From: Candidatus Magasanikbacteria bacterium GW2011_GWC2_37_14
GTDB taxonomy: Bacteria; Patescibacteriota; Patescibacteriia; Magasanikbacterales; UBA922
Reading direction: 5' to 3'
NCBI GenBank assembly: GCA_000990355.1
Contig: LBSX01000003.1
Coordinates: 21,489-85,488 of the forward strand
Length of the DNA stretch: 64,000 bases
The notes below the pieces were generated by a model. The model was not told the DNA's origin, did no database searches, and was given only the letters and a program-made list of their open reading frames with translations. How positions within the stretch are numbered: the first letter of the stretch is position 1; each line of letters begins with the position of its first letter. Positions 8,908-19,100 of the stretch are shown here, piece after piece. The translations under genes and the position numbers were made by a program.

Positions 8908-9152
8908 TATTGACAGTTTATAATTTTTATGTTATTTTTATTATGAATTACATCGCCAACGGAGGCCGTTGAGGATGAGAAAACGCAGCTGGAAGGGACG
9001 GGCTAATTCGTTGTTGGTTGACTGCTGCAACCAACACGGGGTGTCAACTTTCACTTGCAAAGAATTGCCCCCGCGGTTGCGGAAAAAAAGGAGGCAATGG
9101 CTCGCGCAGTGTGCTCGAGGCGCTAAACAACAGGATACGAGGAGGGAGGAAC

Positions 9153-9335
9153 ATGGGTCGCGGTGAACAGACCAACAAGAACCGTCGCAAGAAGGCACAG
9201 CGAGCCAAGAAGGCTCGCGAGGAACGTCGGAAGACGGGTACGCTCGGGCCGAGTAAGACTGGCACCAAGGTACGCCCATGCCCTGGGTGTGGGCAGATCG
9301 GTGGTAGCCATAAGTGGAACTGTCGTTATCGTTAG
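9153..9335 (+). CDS. small basic zinc-ribbon-like protein (60 aa) in a GC-rich island; start supported by GAGGAGGGAGG 5 nt upstream
   Basis: Sequence MGRGEQTNKNRRKKAQRAKKAREERRKT...RPCPGCGQIGGSHKWNC, with a strong SD. The upstream 210 nt are GC-rich with hairpins (gttggttg-N8-caaccaac, ccgcggttgcgg). Confidence 0.45.
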   Translation: MGRGEQTNKNRRKKAQRAKKAREERRKTGTLGPSKTGTKVRPCPGCGQIGGSHKWNCRYR

Positions 9336-9417
9336 GAGGGCAAAATGCGACAAGCACGACCACCACCTCCCTGTGTATCATAGGGGAAGGTGGAATGATA
9401 AATGGCCACAATGCATC

Positions 9418-9452
9418 ACCTTCTTTCTTTTTAAGAATATTAAAAAGAAAGA
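9418..9452 (+). terminator. 13-bp perfect hairpin (cttctttcttttt / aaaaagaaagaag) followed by a G/T-rich tract; putative terminator of the small island gene
   Basis: Perfect palindrome seen in sequence; it is followed by gtggttttttgtttttg. A similar G/T tract (ggagttttttgtttttttg) follows the next island gene. Confidence 0.4.
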
Positions 9453-9554
9453 AGGGAGAATTTGCATTGTGGTTTTTTGTTTTTGACAAGTGACTTTTTA
9501 TATGGTTAAATTATTTTAAGATTTTGCCCCACAACGGGGTTTGGGAGAATTGCT

Positions 9555-10157
9555 ATGAAGTCTGTGCTGCCTCAGAAAAGACTTGCGCCAGGAACAGGAG
9601 CTATTCTTGCTGACGGCAACTGGCGTTGCCGTTGCTTGAGCAAGAACGTTCATCACGACCTGTTCGGCTACTGCAAGCTCTGCCGTACTACCAAGCCCCC
9701 TCCGGGGAAAGTGAAAGGAGGCATTGGCACAGCCTTGGATCACTGGCGTTGGCAGTGCTCGTGCACCAACAAGGTGCACGACTGGGACATAACCAAGTGT
9801 CCTATCTGCACCTACACCAGGCCGAAAGGTCGTCCGGAGGAAGTGAAGCAGTTCGGTCAATGGCATACCCACTACACTTGGCGCTGCAAGTGTGGCAAGA
9901 AACACTGCCAGCACAATGCCTCGGTGCCTAGTTGTCAGCACTGCCACTGCTGTCGTCCCGACGAATCCAGCCAGCCACCGGAGAAGATAAAACAAGAAGA
10001 GCCTCGCGCTAGTTCGACGTCCAAGAATCAGTGGCTGGATCGCTACTCTTGGGAGTGTGCCCAAGGGCACGTAAACAGCTCTTCAGAACCAGAGTGTTGG
10101 TGCCACAGAGGGGGAAGTCGTCCTCCTTTGGCCGACAGGCCAGATCCACAGTTCTAG
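9555..10157 (+). CDS. Cys-rich protein with four tandem RanBP2-like zinc-finger motifs (W-x-C-x-C-x3-N-x7-8-C-x2-C), GC-rich
   Basis: Repeats GNWRCRCLSKNVHHDLFGYCKLC / DHWRWQCSCTNKVHDWDITKCPIC / YTWRCKCGKKHCQHNASVPSCQHC / YSWECAQGHVNSSSEPECWC. The periodic Cys pattern argues against a spurious ORF. Confidence 0.5.
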   Translation: MKSVLPQKRLAPGTGAILADGNWRCRCLSKNVHHDLFGYCKLCRTTKPPPGKVKGGIGTALDHWRWQCSCTNKVHDWDITKCPICTYTRPKGRPEEVKQFGQWHTHYTWRCKCGKKHCQHNASVPSCQHCHCCRPDESSQPPEKIKQEEPRASSTSKNQWLDRYSWECAQGHVNSSSEPECWCHRGGSRPPLADRPDPQF

Positions 10158-10323
10158 CAGCTGAGAAGGATGGTCAACATGCATAAGTCACGTTCTCCGC
10201 CCTAATCTGGGGGAGGGCGCGCAAGAAACTTCAACGTGTCGCCTTCTTTATTTCTCAATTTGGGAAGTAGAGAAGGGAGATTTTACACGTTGGAGTTTTT
10301 TGTTTTTTTGTTGTACACTAATA

Positions 10324-10394
10324 CTGTCATGCTGAATTTATTTCAGCATCTCTCTTAAAATAAAAAAGATCCTGAAATAAATTCAGGATGACAG
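10324..10394. repeat. repeat family A: double hairpin tgtcatgctgaa-ttta-tttcagcat ... atcctgaa-ataaa-ttcaggatgaca
   Basis: Five copies or arrays in the window (also 43150, 43312, 51286, 51788), always intergenic and immediately upstream of a gene start. Confidence 0.7.
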
Positions 10395-10400
10395 ATTGTT

Positions 10401-11369
10401 ATGATTGACGGTTTAAAAAAATCAATTCTAAAAACCCTCGCCTATTTTGATATTTTTAATCATCCCTTAACCAAAGAGGAACTGTTTAGATACTTACTGA
10501 TTACGGATAATTCTGATTTACGGATAAAATATACTGATTTTATAAAACAGTTAGATGGCTTGCCCGGCGAAGTCCGCCCATGGCGGACGAAGTCGGGGTT
10601 TTATTTTTTACCTGGGCAGGAAAAAAATGTAGCTACACGACAAGCGCGGGTGAAAATTTCAGAACAAAAAATGAAAATTGCCGTACGAGGAATAAAAAAA
10701 ATTGCTTGGGTGCCTTTTGTCCGAGCGGTGTTTGTTTGCAATACTATTGCCATGGGTGTGGCCGAAGAAAATAGTGACATTGATGTTTTTATAATTGTAA
10801 AAAAGAATCGAATTTTTTTGGCACGTGCTTTGGCGACGCTAATCTTAAGTTTGTTTAGAATACGTCGGACTAAAAATAAAATTAATAACAGAATTTGCTT
10901 GAGTTTTTATGTAGCCGATGACCAACTTAATTTAGAAAAAGTCGGGATAAAAGATGACGTGTATTTGATCTATTGGTTAAACAATTTAATTCCAGTGTAC
11001 GACCCAGAAGGTTTACACAAGAGTGTTGTAAAAGCCAACAAATGGGTAGAAAGATATTTAATAAATAGTCTACAGTTATTTGTAACCAGTAGACAGTGGA
11101 AAGTGGACAATGGAAAAGTTGGTAAGTTTTTTAAGAAAATTTTAGAAAAAGTTTGGGGTGCAAAGTATGGTGATTTAATAGAAGCCCAGGCCAAAGGCGC
11201 GCAATTAGCCAAAATGAAAATGAATTATAATAGTGCACAAAATATTCCTGATACTCGAGTGATTGTCTCTGATTCAATGCTTAAATTTCATGAAAATGAT
11301 CGGAGAGAAGAATATAGAGAGAAGTGGTTGGAGAAATGTAGAGAAATTTCTAATTCACCTAATTTCTAA
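10401..11369 (+). CDS. hypothetical protein, possible polymerase-beta-like nucleotidyltransferase fold
   Basis: Motif GVAEENSDIDVFIIV (G[GS]-x-D-h-D-h pattern). Contains an in-frame GC hairpin gtccgcccatggcggac (about 10573-10589). Confidence 0.4.
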   Translation: MIDGLKKSILKTLAYFDIFNHPLTKEELFRYLLITDNSDLRIKYTDFIKQLDGLPGEVRPWRTKSGFYFLPGQEKNVATRQARVKISEQKMKIAVRGIKKIAWVPFVRAVFVCNTIAMGVAEENSDIDVFIIVKKNRIFLARALATLILSLFRIRRTKNKINNRICLSFYVADDQLNLEKVGIKDDVYLIYWLNNLIPVYDPEGLHKSVVKANKWVERYLINSLQLFVTSRQWKVDNGKVGKFFKKILEKVWGAKYGDLIEAQAKGAQLAKMKMNYNSAQNIPDTRVIVSDSMLKFHENDRREEYREKWLEKCREISNSPNF

Positions 11370-11375
11370 TGTCAA

Positions 11376-12797
11376 ATGAAATTTTCAATATCTAATATTT
11401 TGAATATTTTGTTAAAAGTTTTTCTTTTTCTCTTGCCTTGGCAAACGATTTGGATTTATCGTGAGTCTTTTTTGGGTGGTGTAAAATGGGAATATGGCAC
11501 GTTAGGGTTTTATGCTACAGAAATTTTGTTATGGATTATTGTGGTGGTATTTATGATTTGGTATATAAAAAAGTTTAGAGTTCAGAGTTCAAAGTTCAAA
11601 GTTCGTGTGACTAAAGATAGAGTATTTTTGTTTTCAGTCTTATGTCTTATATCTTATGCCATTATTTCTGCTTTCTGGGCGTCGGATAGAGATTTGGCTT
11701 GGCAACAGGGTTTACGAATTTTGGAAATGTTTTTATTATTTTTTGTTTTATATTTAGGACCAGTGGATTTTAAATTAACAGTAAAATGGTTGGTCTTAGG
11801 AGCAATAATCCCTAGTCTTTTGGGTATTTGGCAATTTTTAACGCAGACAACTTTTGCTTCTACTTTGTTTGGTTTAGCCGTTCATCCTGCTTGGCAATCA
11901 GGCACCTCAATTATTGCTAGTGAAACTATTGGCCGATGGCTTCGGGCTTATGGACCTTTTAGTCATCCCAATGTTTTTGGGGGGTATTTAGTGATTGTTT
12001 TGTGGCTGTCATTGCGAGGAGGAGCTCGCGCGACAACGAAGCAATCCCCTGGTGATTTAGAAAAAATAAAAAATATTAATTTACTTGGGATTGCTTCGTC
12101 AGCCGATGCGAATCGGCTTCCTCGCAATGACATGTTTTTCTATCTTACATCTTATGTCCTATGTCTTACATCTTTGTTTTTTACTTTTAGCCGTTCGGCT
12201 TGGTTGGCACTGTTAATTGGATTAGTTGTTTTATGTTGGCGAAACCTCTCCCAACCAGGGAAAGCCTGCCTGCCGGCGAGGCAGGGGTGGGGTCTGTTTT
12301 TAATTATGCCAGTGGTTTTATTTTCTTTGTTGTCCTTTATTTTTTTTCCACTTCTCCAAACTCGTACTAGTAATTCTACTATTTCCGAAACACGTTCAAT
12401 AACCGAAAGAACTACTGGCTATAGAGAAGCTTGGCAAATGATTAAACAAAATCCTGTTTTGGGAGTAGGAGCAGGTAATTACACGGTTGCCTTGTGGAGA
12501 ATGGATAAGTGGCGACCAGTTTGGGAATTACAGCCAGTACACAATGTGCTGTTATTATTTATTGCAGAGTTAGGTTTTGTAGGTGTTGGGTTGTTTTTGT
12601 TAGTAATATTAACATTTTTCAGTTTTCAGTTAACAGATAGCAAATATCAACTACGTTGTTATCTGTTATCTGTTATCTGCATTTTGCCCTTACTGTTATT
12701 TGATCACTACCTCTATTCCTCTTACTTTGGTTTGATGTTAAGTACAGTATTTTTTGCTTTATTTTTAAAAAGTGACACACAGTCTCTCCCCAGTTAA
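11376..12797 (+). CDS. O-antigen ligase (Wzy_C) family polytopic membrane protein
   Basis: At least 10 TM segments; Wzy_C-like motif HNVLLLFIAELGFVGVGLFLL. Carries two GC-rich in-frame insertions and three 7-nt tandem repeat tracts. Confidence 0.6.
   Translation: MKFSISNILNILLKVFLFLLPWQTIWIYRESFLGGVKWEYGTLGFYATEILLWIIVVVFMIWYIKKFRVQSSKFKVRVTKDRVFLFSVLCLISYAIISAFWASDRDLAWQQGLRILEMFLLFFVLYLGPVDFKLTVKWLVLGAIIPSLLGIWQFLTQTTFASTLFGLAVHPAWQSGTSIIASETIGRWLRAYGPFSHPNVFGGYLVIVLWLSLRGGARATTKQSPGDLEKIKNINLLGIASSADANRLPRNDMFFYLTSYVLCLTSLFFTFSRSAWLALLIGLVVLCWRNLSQPGKACLPARQGWGLFLIMPVVLFSLLSFIFFPLLQTRTSNSTISETRSITERTTGYREAWQMIKQNPVLGVGAGNYTVALWRMDKWRPVWELQPVHNVLLLFIAELGFVGVGLFLLVILTFFSFQLTDSKYQLRCYLLSVICILPLLLFDHYLYSSYFGLMLSTVFFALFLKSDTQSLPS
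12008..12131. repeat. in-frame GC-rich palindromic element (gtcattgcgagg ... cctcgcaatgac) inside the O-antigen ligase gene
   Basis: Its right arm cttgggattgcttcgtcagccgatgcgaatcggcttcctcgcaatgac is the exact reverse complement of the left arm of the copies in tsaC and ksgA. Translated as LRGGARATTKQSPGDLEKIKNINLLGIASSADANRLPRND. Confidence 0.7.
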
Positions 12798-12915
12798 TGC
12801 ACATTTTATACACTATTTTGCCTTCCTGCCGGTAGGCAGGGCTAAAATTAGCCATTTTTTTTATTTAGAATAACTTTGACAGTATCTTAAAATTAGGATA
12901 TACTTACTTTATTAA

Positions 12916-13035
12916 GAGCTTAGAGTAGGTAACAAGCTCGCATTGTTCGCCAGCGATTTCGTGTTACTGACAGGCATCATGAAATCATATCTGGACGGCA
13001 TATTGGGCTTGTTACCTACCCTGGGTTTTTATAAA
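12916..13035 (+). promoter_or_regulatory. candidate structured leader: 16-nt arms agagtaggtaacaagc / gcttgttacctaccct enclosing about 70 nt, followed by gggttttt, upstream of the giant gene
   Basis: Long-range complementarity seen directly (12921-12936 with 13008-13023); arms pair except for one G.T wobble at the outer end. Confidence 0.3.
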
Positions 13036-13104
13036 CAGCTTAAACTATAGGCTGTTTTATTTTTTTATGCTATAATTAATTTGTAAAATTTAATTTATTT
13101 ATCT

Positions 13105-16100
13105 ATGTCTTCTAGCCAGAAAATTTTTTTAGGTTATTTTCAAAAAATAACTTTGGTTTTTGTTTTTGTCTTAATAGGAGTTTTGTTTCCACAGGTTTTT
13201 GGTTTAAAAATAAGTGAATCCAAGGCCGTTACTTTTAGTAGTTCGGCTTTAATTAGTGAAGATTCTCCAGGAGTCAAAGACATGGTAAAACTAAAAAAGA
13301 TTAATGGCATATATTATTTAATTAATAAACCAAGTGGGTCTGGACCACTCAAAATGGCCACTTCTTCCGATGGAATAAACTGGAGTTCTTTTTCTAACAT
13401 TGCCAATGGAATTAATTCTGATTATGATTTTGGTTATTATGCCAATGGCGGATATTTTTATGCTGTTTTTTCCAATTTTAACTATACTGATGGGGCTAGC
13501 AGTGAAATAGTAATTACTACTTCATCGGATGCAATTACCTGGTCGGCCACTTCTACTGCTGTTAGTGTTATTGGCGATGGTGGCCCAATTTATTTATCAG
13601 TTTTATCGTCTAGTAATTATTTAACTTTGGCTTATACCAGAGACTTCCCTTTGTCAAAAAATTATGAGTTTCTTTTGGCGACATCTACTAATGGTATTAG
13701 TTGGAGTACATCAACAATTGCTACAGAATTGGAATTAATGGTAGAGGGATTTGTGGCAGATAGTGACGGTAGTATGCATGCTCTTTACAGCTATATATCA
13801 GATGAAAATTATAACACCAGCACTGAAGTATATTTAGAATACGCTAAATCAACTGATGGGGGTGTTACCTGGAGTACTAGTACTTTTGGTAGAACTGATT
13901 ATCAGTTTTACTCTTCAGATCGTACTGCTGCCATTGCCATTGACAGTAATGGTAATCCTGGGGTAGTTTATTACACCATTGATGAGATTGACGAACCAAA
14001 TAGCTGCACTTGGGATGTTGAAGGTGAAGAATGGACGGGGGACTGTAATGTTACTACTTCTATTCGTTATGCTAAATATTCTGGCTCTGCCTGGGCTTCT
14101 TCTACTGTGGTTACCTTTCCATTATTAATTGCTGATACAAGTTATGGTTTAGGTATAAAACCAAGCCTAACTTTTGCCGAAAATAATGAAGCGTTATTTG
14201 TTGGTGCTGGCTCTAATTTTTATCCTTATTTAATTACTAATACTAATACTTTAGATATCAACCAATTTACTATTACTCAAATTGATAGTAAGGCGATGGA
14301 TGGTTATTCACCATGGGATTCGGGTGTAAGTATGATTTTTAATACTAATACTTTGGGAGTTGATATTGCATTTATTGGTGATGACGGGTCGAGTACTGAT
14401 CGAGATGTTTTTTATACCACCAGCACAGCAGTAGTAGCACCTGTATCTCCTACTGGTCTCACTGCCACTCCAAGCACCACTACCCAGATTGATCTAACTT
14501 GGAATTCTACCGGTGGCGCCACTAGTTATATTTTATATGGCAGTGAAGATAATTTTTCTACCACTTCAACTGTAACTACTACTGCTTCAACAAGTTACAG
14601 TGACACTGGTTTGACTGCTAGCATTACTTATTATTATAAAATTGCGGCGATAAATGAGATTGGCACGGGTGTGGCGTCAGCATCGGTTAATACGACCACA
14701 TTGGCAGATGCTCCTGCTTATGATGGCAACCTTCCTTTGGTCAGCAATGATGCTAAAACCAAGTTACTTTGGGTTAATGATGTCTATTATTATGCTTTTT
14801 CTAGTTCTACCGGTAGTGATTATAATGTTTATCTTACTACTTCTACCAATGGTGGGACTGGCACTTGGAGCGAACCCCAATTAATTTTTGCCAGTGTAAA
14901 ACCCACAGTTGGTGGTTCACAAAGTGACAATGGCTTATTTGCCTTTGAATACAATTCATTTGGTAACTATTTTGGTGTTGCTGCTTTTGCTTCTTCTACA
15001 TTCGGTGCGGGTGGTACCTATGAAGTTTGGTTTAGTTCTTCCACAAATGGTTCATCTTGGTCTGCTACTAGTACTGTAGCGAGTGGTTTACCTAGTTCGG
15101 ATGCCGAAAGGCAAATTTATATGGATTTTTCTAGTCAGGAGGAATTTGTTGGTGTTTTTGTAAAATCTACGTTTGGGACTAACTACAAAGTTTATTATTC
15201 TACGAGCACAGGTTCGTCTTGGGACAATAGCGGAGCTTTGACATTTGAAACAGATACTTACCCTGTTTCACTTGGTTTTGGTATATCCGGCACTGGTGTC
15301 TCTCGTCAATTTCATACGGCTTATTATGGTACAAGTGGGAATTTTGATATTATTTATGCTTCTTCTACGGATAATGTTGGTACAAGTTGGACGACCACCA
15401 CAGTTGCTAGTAATGTTTCTATTAGTTTGCCTGGTATTGGAGATGTTCGTTTTTCATATCTAAATAGTTTTACTTTGGATGATAATGGTTTACCGGGTTT
15501 AATATATTATGACATTACTACCAGCACTCCTGATTATCACACAACTTCTAGCCTTATTTATGCCAAGAGAGATGGTAATAGTGTCTGGACGTCTGAGACA
15601 ATAGCTGATGATATAAGCATCACTCTCGTTAGTCATTATTATTTTGAACCAGCCAATCTGACTTTTTACGACACTGACAAGCCGATTATTTTTACTAGTG
15701 AGAGTAATTTATATCCAATGGCTATTGTTAATACCAGTTCGCAGTGGAGTAGTCTTTTTGAAGGTGGATCTGCCATGGGGGATTTTACAGAATTGTCTTC
15801 GGCTTATAATACTACGAGTGAATTTTGGGCGGGATCATATGTAACAGCCGATGGTCAATTATATTTTGTGACGAGTAGCTTGACCTCGTTAGTAGTTATC
15901 CCAGATACTCCTACTGGTCTCACTGCCACCCCAGTTTCTTCAGTACAAATAGATTTAACTTGGAACAGCTCTGCTGGGGCAACTAGCTATGTTTTATATA
16001 GTGCCACAACTAGTGGTTTTGTTGTTACAACCACTGTTACTACCACCGCTTTGACGAGTTTTAGCAATACTGGTTTAACTGCTTCTGCACAATATTATTA

Positions 16101-19100
16101 TAAAGTGGCGGCCGCGAACGCCATTGGTACAAGTATTTCATCAATGGCGGTTAACACTACAACTTTAGCTGGGGCGCCCGCTTATGGTGGTAATCTTCCT
16201 GTTCTGCCTGCCAATTCAATACAGAAATTAGTTTATGCCAACAGTTTATATTATTTAGCCTTTACAAGCAGTACTGGTGGTCTCTGGGATATATATATAA
16301 CCACTTCAACCAATGGTGTGTCTGGAACATGGAGCGAACCAATATTAATAAGTCCAGAAATAGTTAAAATTGACGATAATGGCCCTCAATTTTTTGATTT
16401 TATATTTAATACCACAGCCAATAATCTTGGCTTGGTCTATATCGCCAGTACAACAGGAATAACATATTTTACCACTTCAACCAATGCTATTTCCTGGTCT
16501 ACAGGAGTAAATACTATGTCACCCGTTGGTGGTTATTTCAATTTTGATTATAAAGGTGACAATGTTTTAGTCGTTTCAAAGAATAATACACTAAATGTTC
16601 ATAGTTCACAGTCTTCTTATTCTACTGATGGTGGTTCTAGTTGGGTGACTTCAGCAGTATTTTCCAGAGATGTGAGTGGGGCTGGTGACCCTAGTGGTGC
16701 AATTTTAGGTGCTCAAATTGGTGGTGATGGGAGCGTTCACATGCTGTATTTTAGTAGTGGCGACGGCGGGGCTACTCCCCACCAACTCATTTATGCTTCA
16801 TCCACTGACAATGGTGTTAGTTGGGTAGATACTACGGTTGGTACAGAAATTGGAAATGATGGCCTTGGCTTGGAATGGGGTACATTGAGCTTGGATTCTA
16901 ATGATGATCCGGGTGTATTGTATGCAGAGGCGAATGATTTTGATGGTAGTAACATCACCACTACCATCAGACTGGCCAAACGTTCTACCCTTGGAGTATG
17001 GGCAACCTCAACGATATATTATCCGGCATCGGCAACTGGTGTTTCTGGTTTTCCAAAATATCCAAAATTAGAATTTATCGGTAGTGATTATCCTTTGGCT
17101 TTTCATTTTGGTAATAACTATAACCCAGTTTGGTCTGTAAGCACTACTACTGATCCGTATGTATATACTAATAATACACTAAATGAAGATGTAGTTGGTA
17201 ATAACACTTCACTTGGTTTGGTTTATACTACCAGTACAGAGATAGTGGGCATGTCATATATTGATAATGCAGGGCAGTTATATTTTGCGACCAGTAGTTT
17301 AACATTGCCAGCAGGCATTCCTGCTACACCAACTGGACTTACCGCCACTCCAATTTCCGCTACTCAAATTGATGTGGCTTGGGATAGTTCTGTTGGGGCG
17401 ACTAGCTATAATCTTTATGCTAGTTCGGATAATTTTGTGGCTGATAATAATTTGGTTACAACCACTGTGTTAACTAGTTATAGTCATACGGGTATTCCTG
17501 CGAATTTTACTGTATATTATAAAATTTCAGCTGTAAATGCGTATGGAGAAAGCGCTAGTTCAACTGCTGTTAGCACTACTACTTTATCGGATATTATAGC
17601 CTTTGATGGTAATCTTCCTGCTGTTCCCGGCAATCTTTCTAACACAAAATTATTATACGTAGATAATTTGTATTATTTGTTTTTTACCAGTACCACTGTT
17701 ACCAGTAGTTTTGATCTTTACTTAACTACATCTACTAACGGTGTAGCTGGCACTTGGAGCGAACCGCAGATTATTTTTTCTGAAATGCCGGTCTTTGAAA
17801 TGGATCAGGCAATTGCTACGTTTGGTGCGGAATACAATTCAACTGCCGGCTATCTAGCTTTTTCAGCCATTTCTTCTAGTACAGGGCATATCATTGTGGC
17901 CACTTCTACTAATGGTGTGACTTGGGGTCAAGTGGATACTGGATTAGTGGGGACTTATGGCAATATTATCAACGGCATGAGTTTTGCTTCTGGTACTAAT
18001 TTTGGAGTGGTAGCTTATGATTTTACTAGTTATTTATATTCAACGGATAATTGGCAGACAATTAATACAAGTACAATACCGGTTAATTATGATGATGGTG
18101 GTTTTGTGAGTGGAATTAATGCTTACTACCCTGGTAGTGGTTCGGTGATTGTACAAGCTGTCTATGGTACGACAGCCACTACGACAGACTATATTTTTGT
18201 AACCACTACCAATCATGTAGATTTTGGTACCACCACTTTGGTAACTGGTTTGGATGGAGGCATATGGAATAATAGTTTTGCTGTTGATAGCAGTGGCAAC
18301 GCTGGGTTTGTTTATGTAACTAGTACTGTTGCTAAATTTTTGTATCACAACACAGATGGTTCTTGGAGTACTAGTAATTTGGGTGTGGGGCATCAAGTAG
18401 GTAAGTTTGATTTACAGTTTTTTAACGGTGCACCCTTCGCGGTTTATGCAGGAGCTTACGATTTAGCCGTCTTTGCTTATAGCACAAGTTCACCATATGT
18501 TTTTACAGAAATTACAGATATTGGTGCTGGTAAGACAGTGGGGTCAAATACTAAGATGTCCACAGTGTATGATGATGCCACCAACATTGTAACCGCAGTT
18601 TTTGCTACTGCCAGCAATACATTAATGTTTGTAACTACGAGTTTAGACTTGGCTGTAAGTAGTGGTAGTGCCCCCATCGCTCCTTCCGGACTTGGTACGG
18701 TGGTAGCTACTTCTAGCATAACTATATCTTGGGCTGACAATTCCAGTGATGAAGATGGTTTTGTTATCCAACAATCACTAAATGGCGTTGAATATTCTAC
18801 AATCGCAACCGTATCAGCCAATATTACTTCCACAGTTATAAGTTCACTATACCCTAATACTCGTTATTGGGAGAAAGTGGCGTCCTATAATACTTCTGGT
18901 ACTTCCACCTATACAGCCAGTAATGATGACTACACCAATCCAGTAGCTCCTGGCACACCGACTATTTCCAATGTTTCCACCTCAACACTAACAGCCACTT
19001 GGTCAGATAATTCCAATGGTTCCGGTACTGTCTATTATGTTAATTATACTGGTGGTTTCGTCACTACCTCAGCTACCACCACTAATATTACTGGTCTTAC

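Noticed and set aside
9018-9152. N-terminal extension of the small island ORF (start at 9018)
   Set aside because: A strong GAGGAGGGAGG SD precedes the internal ATG at 9153. The upstream part is a GC-rich structured leader with stable hairpins.
8940-9160. Possible housekeeping structured RNA (tmRNA, RNase P RNA, SRP RNA) explaining the GC-rich segment
   Set aside because: I looked for GGUUCGAAUCC outside the tRNAs, the RNase P P4 motif AGGAAAGUCCGG...ACAGAA, and the SRP domain IV GGAAGCAGCCAAGG motif. None is present.
8941-10157. Minus-strand and overlapping plus-strand ORFs in the GC-rich island (8941..9489 -, 9044..9268 -, 9123..9353 -, 9516..10070 -, 9163..9486 +, 9626..9931 +)
   Set aside because: GC-rich DNA yields long open frames in all phases. 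Only 9153..9335 and 9555..10157 have a Shine-Dalgarno sequence and a periodic Cys pattern.
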